The translations under genes and the position numbers were made by a program. From Dicyema japonicum (taxonomy: Eukaryota > Animalia > Dicyemida): 64,000 nt of DNA. Location of the stretch: positions 51,125 through 115,124 of the forward strand of contig RDEW01000077.1 in NCBI GenBank assembly GCA_011109175.1. Reading direction: 5' to 3'. Under the pieces are notes generated by a model that was not told the origin of the DNA, ran no database searches, and saw only the letters and a program-made list of their open reading frames with translations. Shown here piece by piece: positions 62,960 through 64,000 of the stretch (positions are counted from its first letter, which is position 1; every line of letters begins with the position of its first letter).

Positions 62960-64000
62960 GATGACTTTTACAGTTCTCTATCTAACAACCCGTATAGAAA
63001 TAACCACGAGCTATCTACTTTACGTAAGCGGAGATTGGTACGCGAAGGTCGGAAAAAGGGTCCGAGTACTGAGCTTCATGGGTACCCATGGGAGAGGTCG
63101 GAGGAACATGTCTGGAGCACCTATGGCCAACTTCGCGATTAATAAACAATTATTCAGTTGCAACACAGTATTTTAGCACGCTGCAAGGCATATCACGACC
63201 TGAACTGGAGAACGTCGAGACTCAAATCGGCATTTTCAAAATATATAACCGAATTTACTACATTCTGTGTCGACAAAAAACACAGAAAGCCCTACTTTCA
63301 GATGCCCGAACATATGGTGGAACGCTAACATCGAGTGACCATAAACTATTGGTAATCAAACTTCTCTTAAAAAGAAGATTTTGAACTAACAGAGTCAAAG
63401 ACAAACACAGAGAAGCTAGATACGCAGTCGAACTCTTAAGAAACAATCCTGTCTACAGAAATAACTATTCAGCTAAAATATCACAAGCCATAGAACCGAT
63501 CAATCTCAATCTACCTGCTGGAAGTTTATGGAATAAACTCGTAAACAAAATAAAATCAGTGGCTAATCACACGATTGGGACAATTCCCAAAACCTTCAAA
63601 GGAATCCACGACCCTCAAATAGATCACCTCTACCATTTACAAAAGGATCTACGTATCAAATGCATGAACACCCACAACCAAGTGAAAGCAACTGAGTTCA
63701 AAATCCAAAGAAACAAAATTATGCGAGAAATCAAAAAAATGTCAGATAAACCACGAAACAGAGCTACAAAACCTTGCAAATGAAGTAGGAAAGTACAAGC
63801 ACGAAGCGCAAATGTATGCATCTGTAAAGATGCTAGCGCGAATGAAGAAATCTGAAATTTTAACAGTTCATGATGAACTCGGAAGAACCATTTACAACAA
63901 CCAGGAACGCACAGACACCGTAGCTGATCACTTCGAAAAATATTTCAATTTTGAAAGCGAAGAAACGCTTTATCCGTTTGATGGAGTAATATTTAATCAA
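62960..64000 (+). mobile_element. RTE-like LINE, APE C-terminal half and linker (runs off the window)
   Basis: GDWYAKVG...GTHGRGRRN.SG...LFSCNT.F.H..RH.TTW...NRIYYILCRQ...ARTYGGTLTSSDHKLL. Confidence 0.85.

Overview
Eukaryotic, AT-rich, repeat-saturated DNA. I found no bacterial-type features, rRNA, complete tRNA or CRISPR array. (1) Positions 1-~44,900 are three head-to-tail copies of one ~17-kb mosaic unit: A 1-17,034; B 17,035-~34,842; C ~34,841-44,885. Copy C is internally deleted at short microhomologies. The unit is a patchwork of non-LTR retrotransposon fragments (CRE-like, RTE-like and I/Jockey-like), a hAT remnant, short retroposons and host-gene fragments (WBP2-like and several unidentified). 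It also holds one U6 snRNA gene with a TATA box, so U6 is present three times. (2) Positions 47,591-52,786 are a small DNA transposon with a retroviral-type integrase (Ginger2/TDD-like), with TGT...ACA TIRs and a 5-bp TSD. It contains a 5'-truncated RLE LINE (10-bp TSD) and a second Ginger-like element (own TIRs and 5-bp TSD), and that inner element contains a 107-bp retroposon (14-bp TSD). (3) Positions ~57,100-61,400 (minus strand) hold a fragmented TOR gene interrupted by a LINE. The TOR gene and both integrase genes are split by 23-26-nt spliceosomal introns whose removal restores conserved motifs, which points to a host with ultrashort introns; I cannot name the organism from sequence alone. 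At least six different retroposon 3' ends share a covarying GGATCAC-type stem-loop, usually just before a TAA/TTA-type tail. Many frameshifts are +/-1 changes in homopolymer runs and may be sequencing errors. All family calls come from motif recognition by eye; no database search was run.
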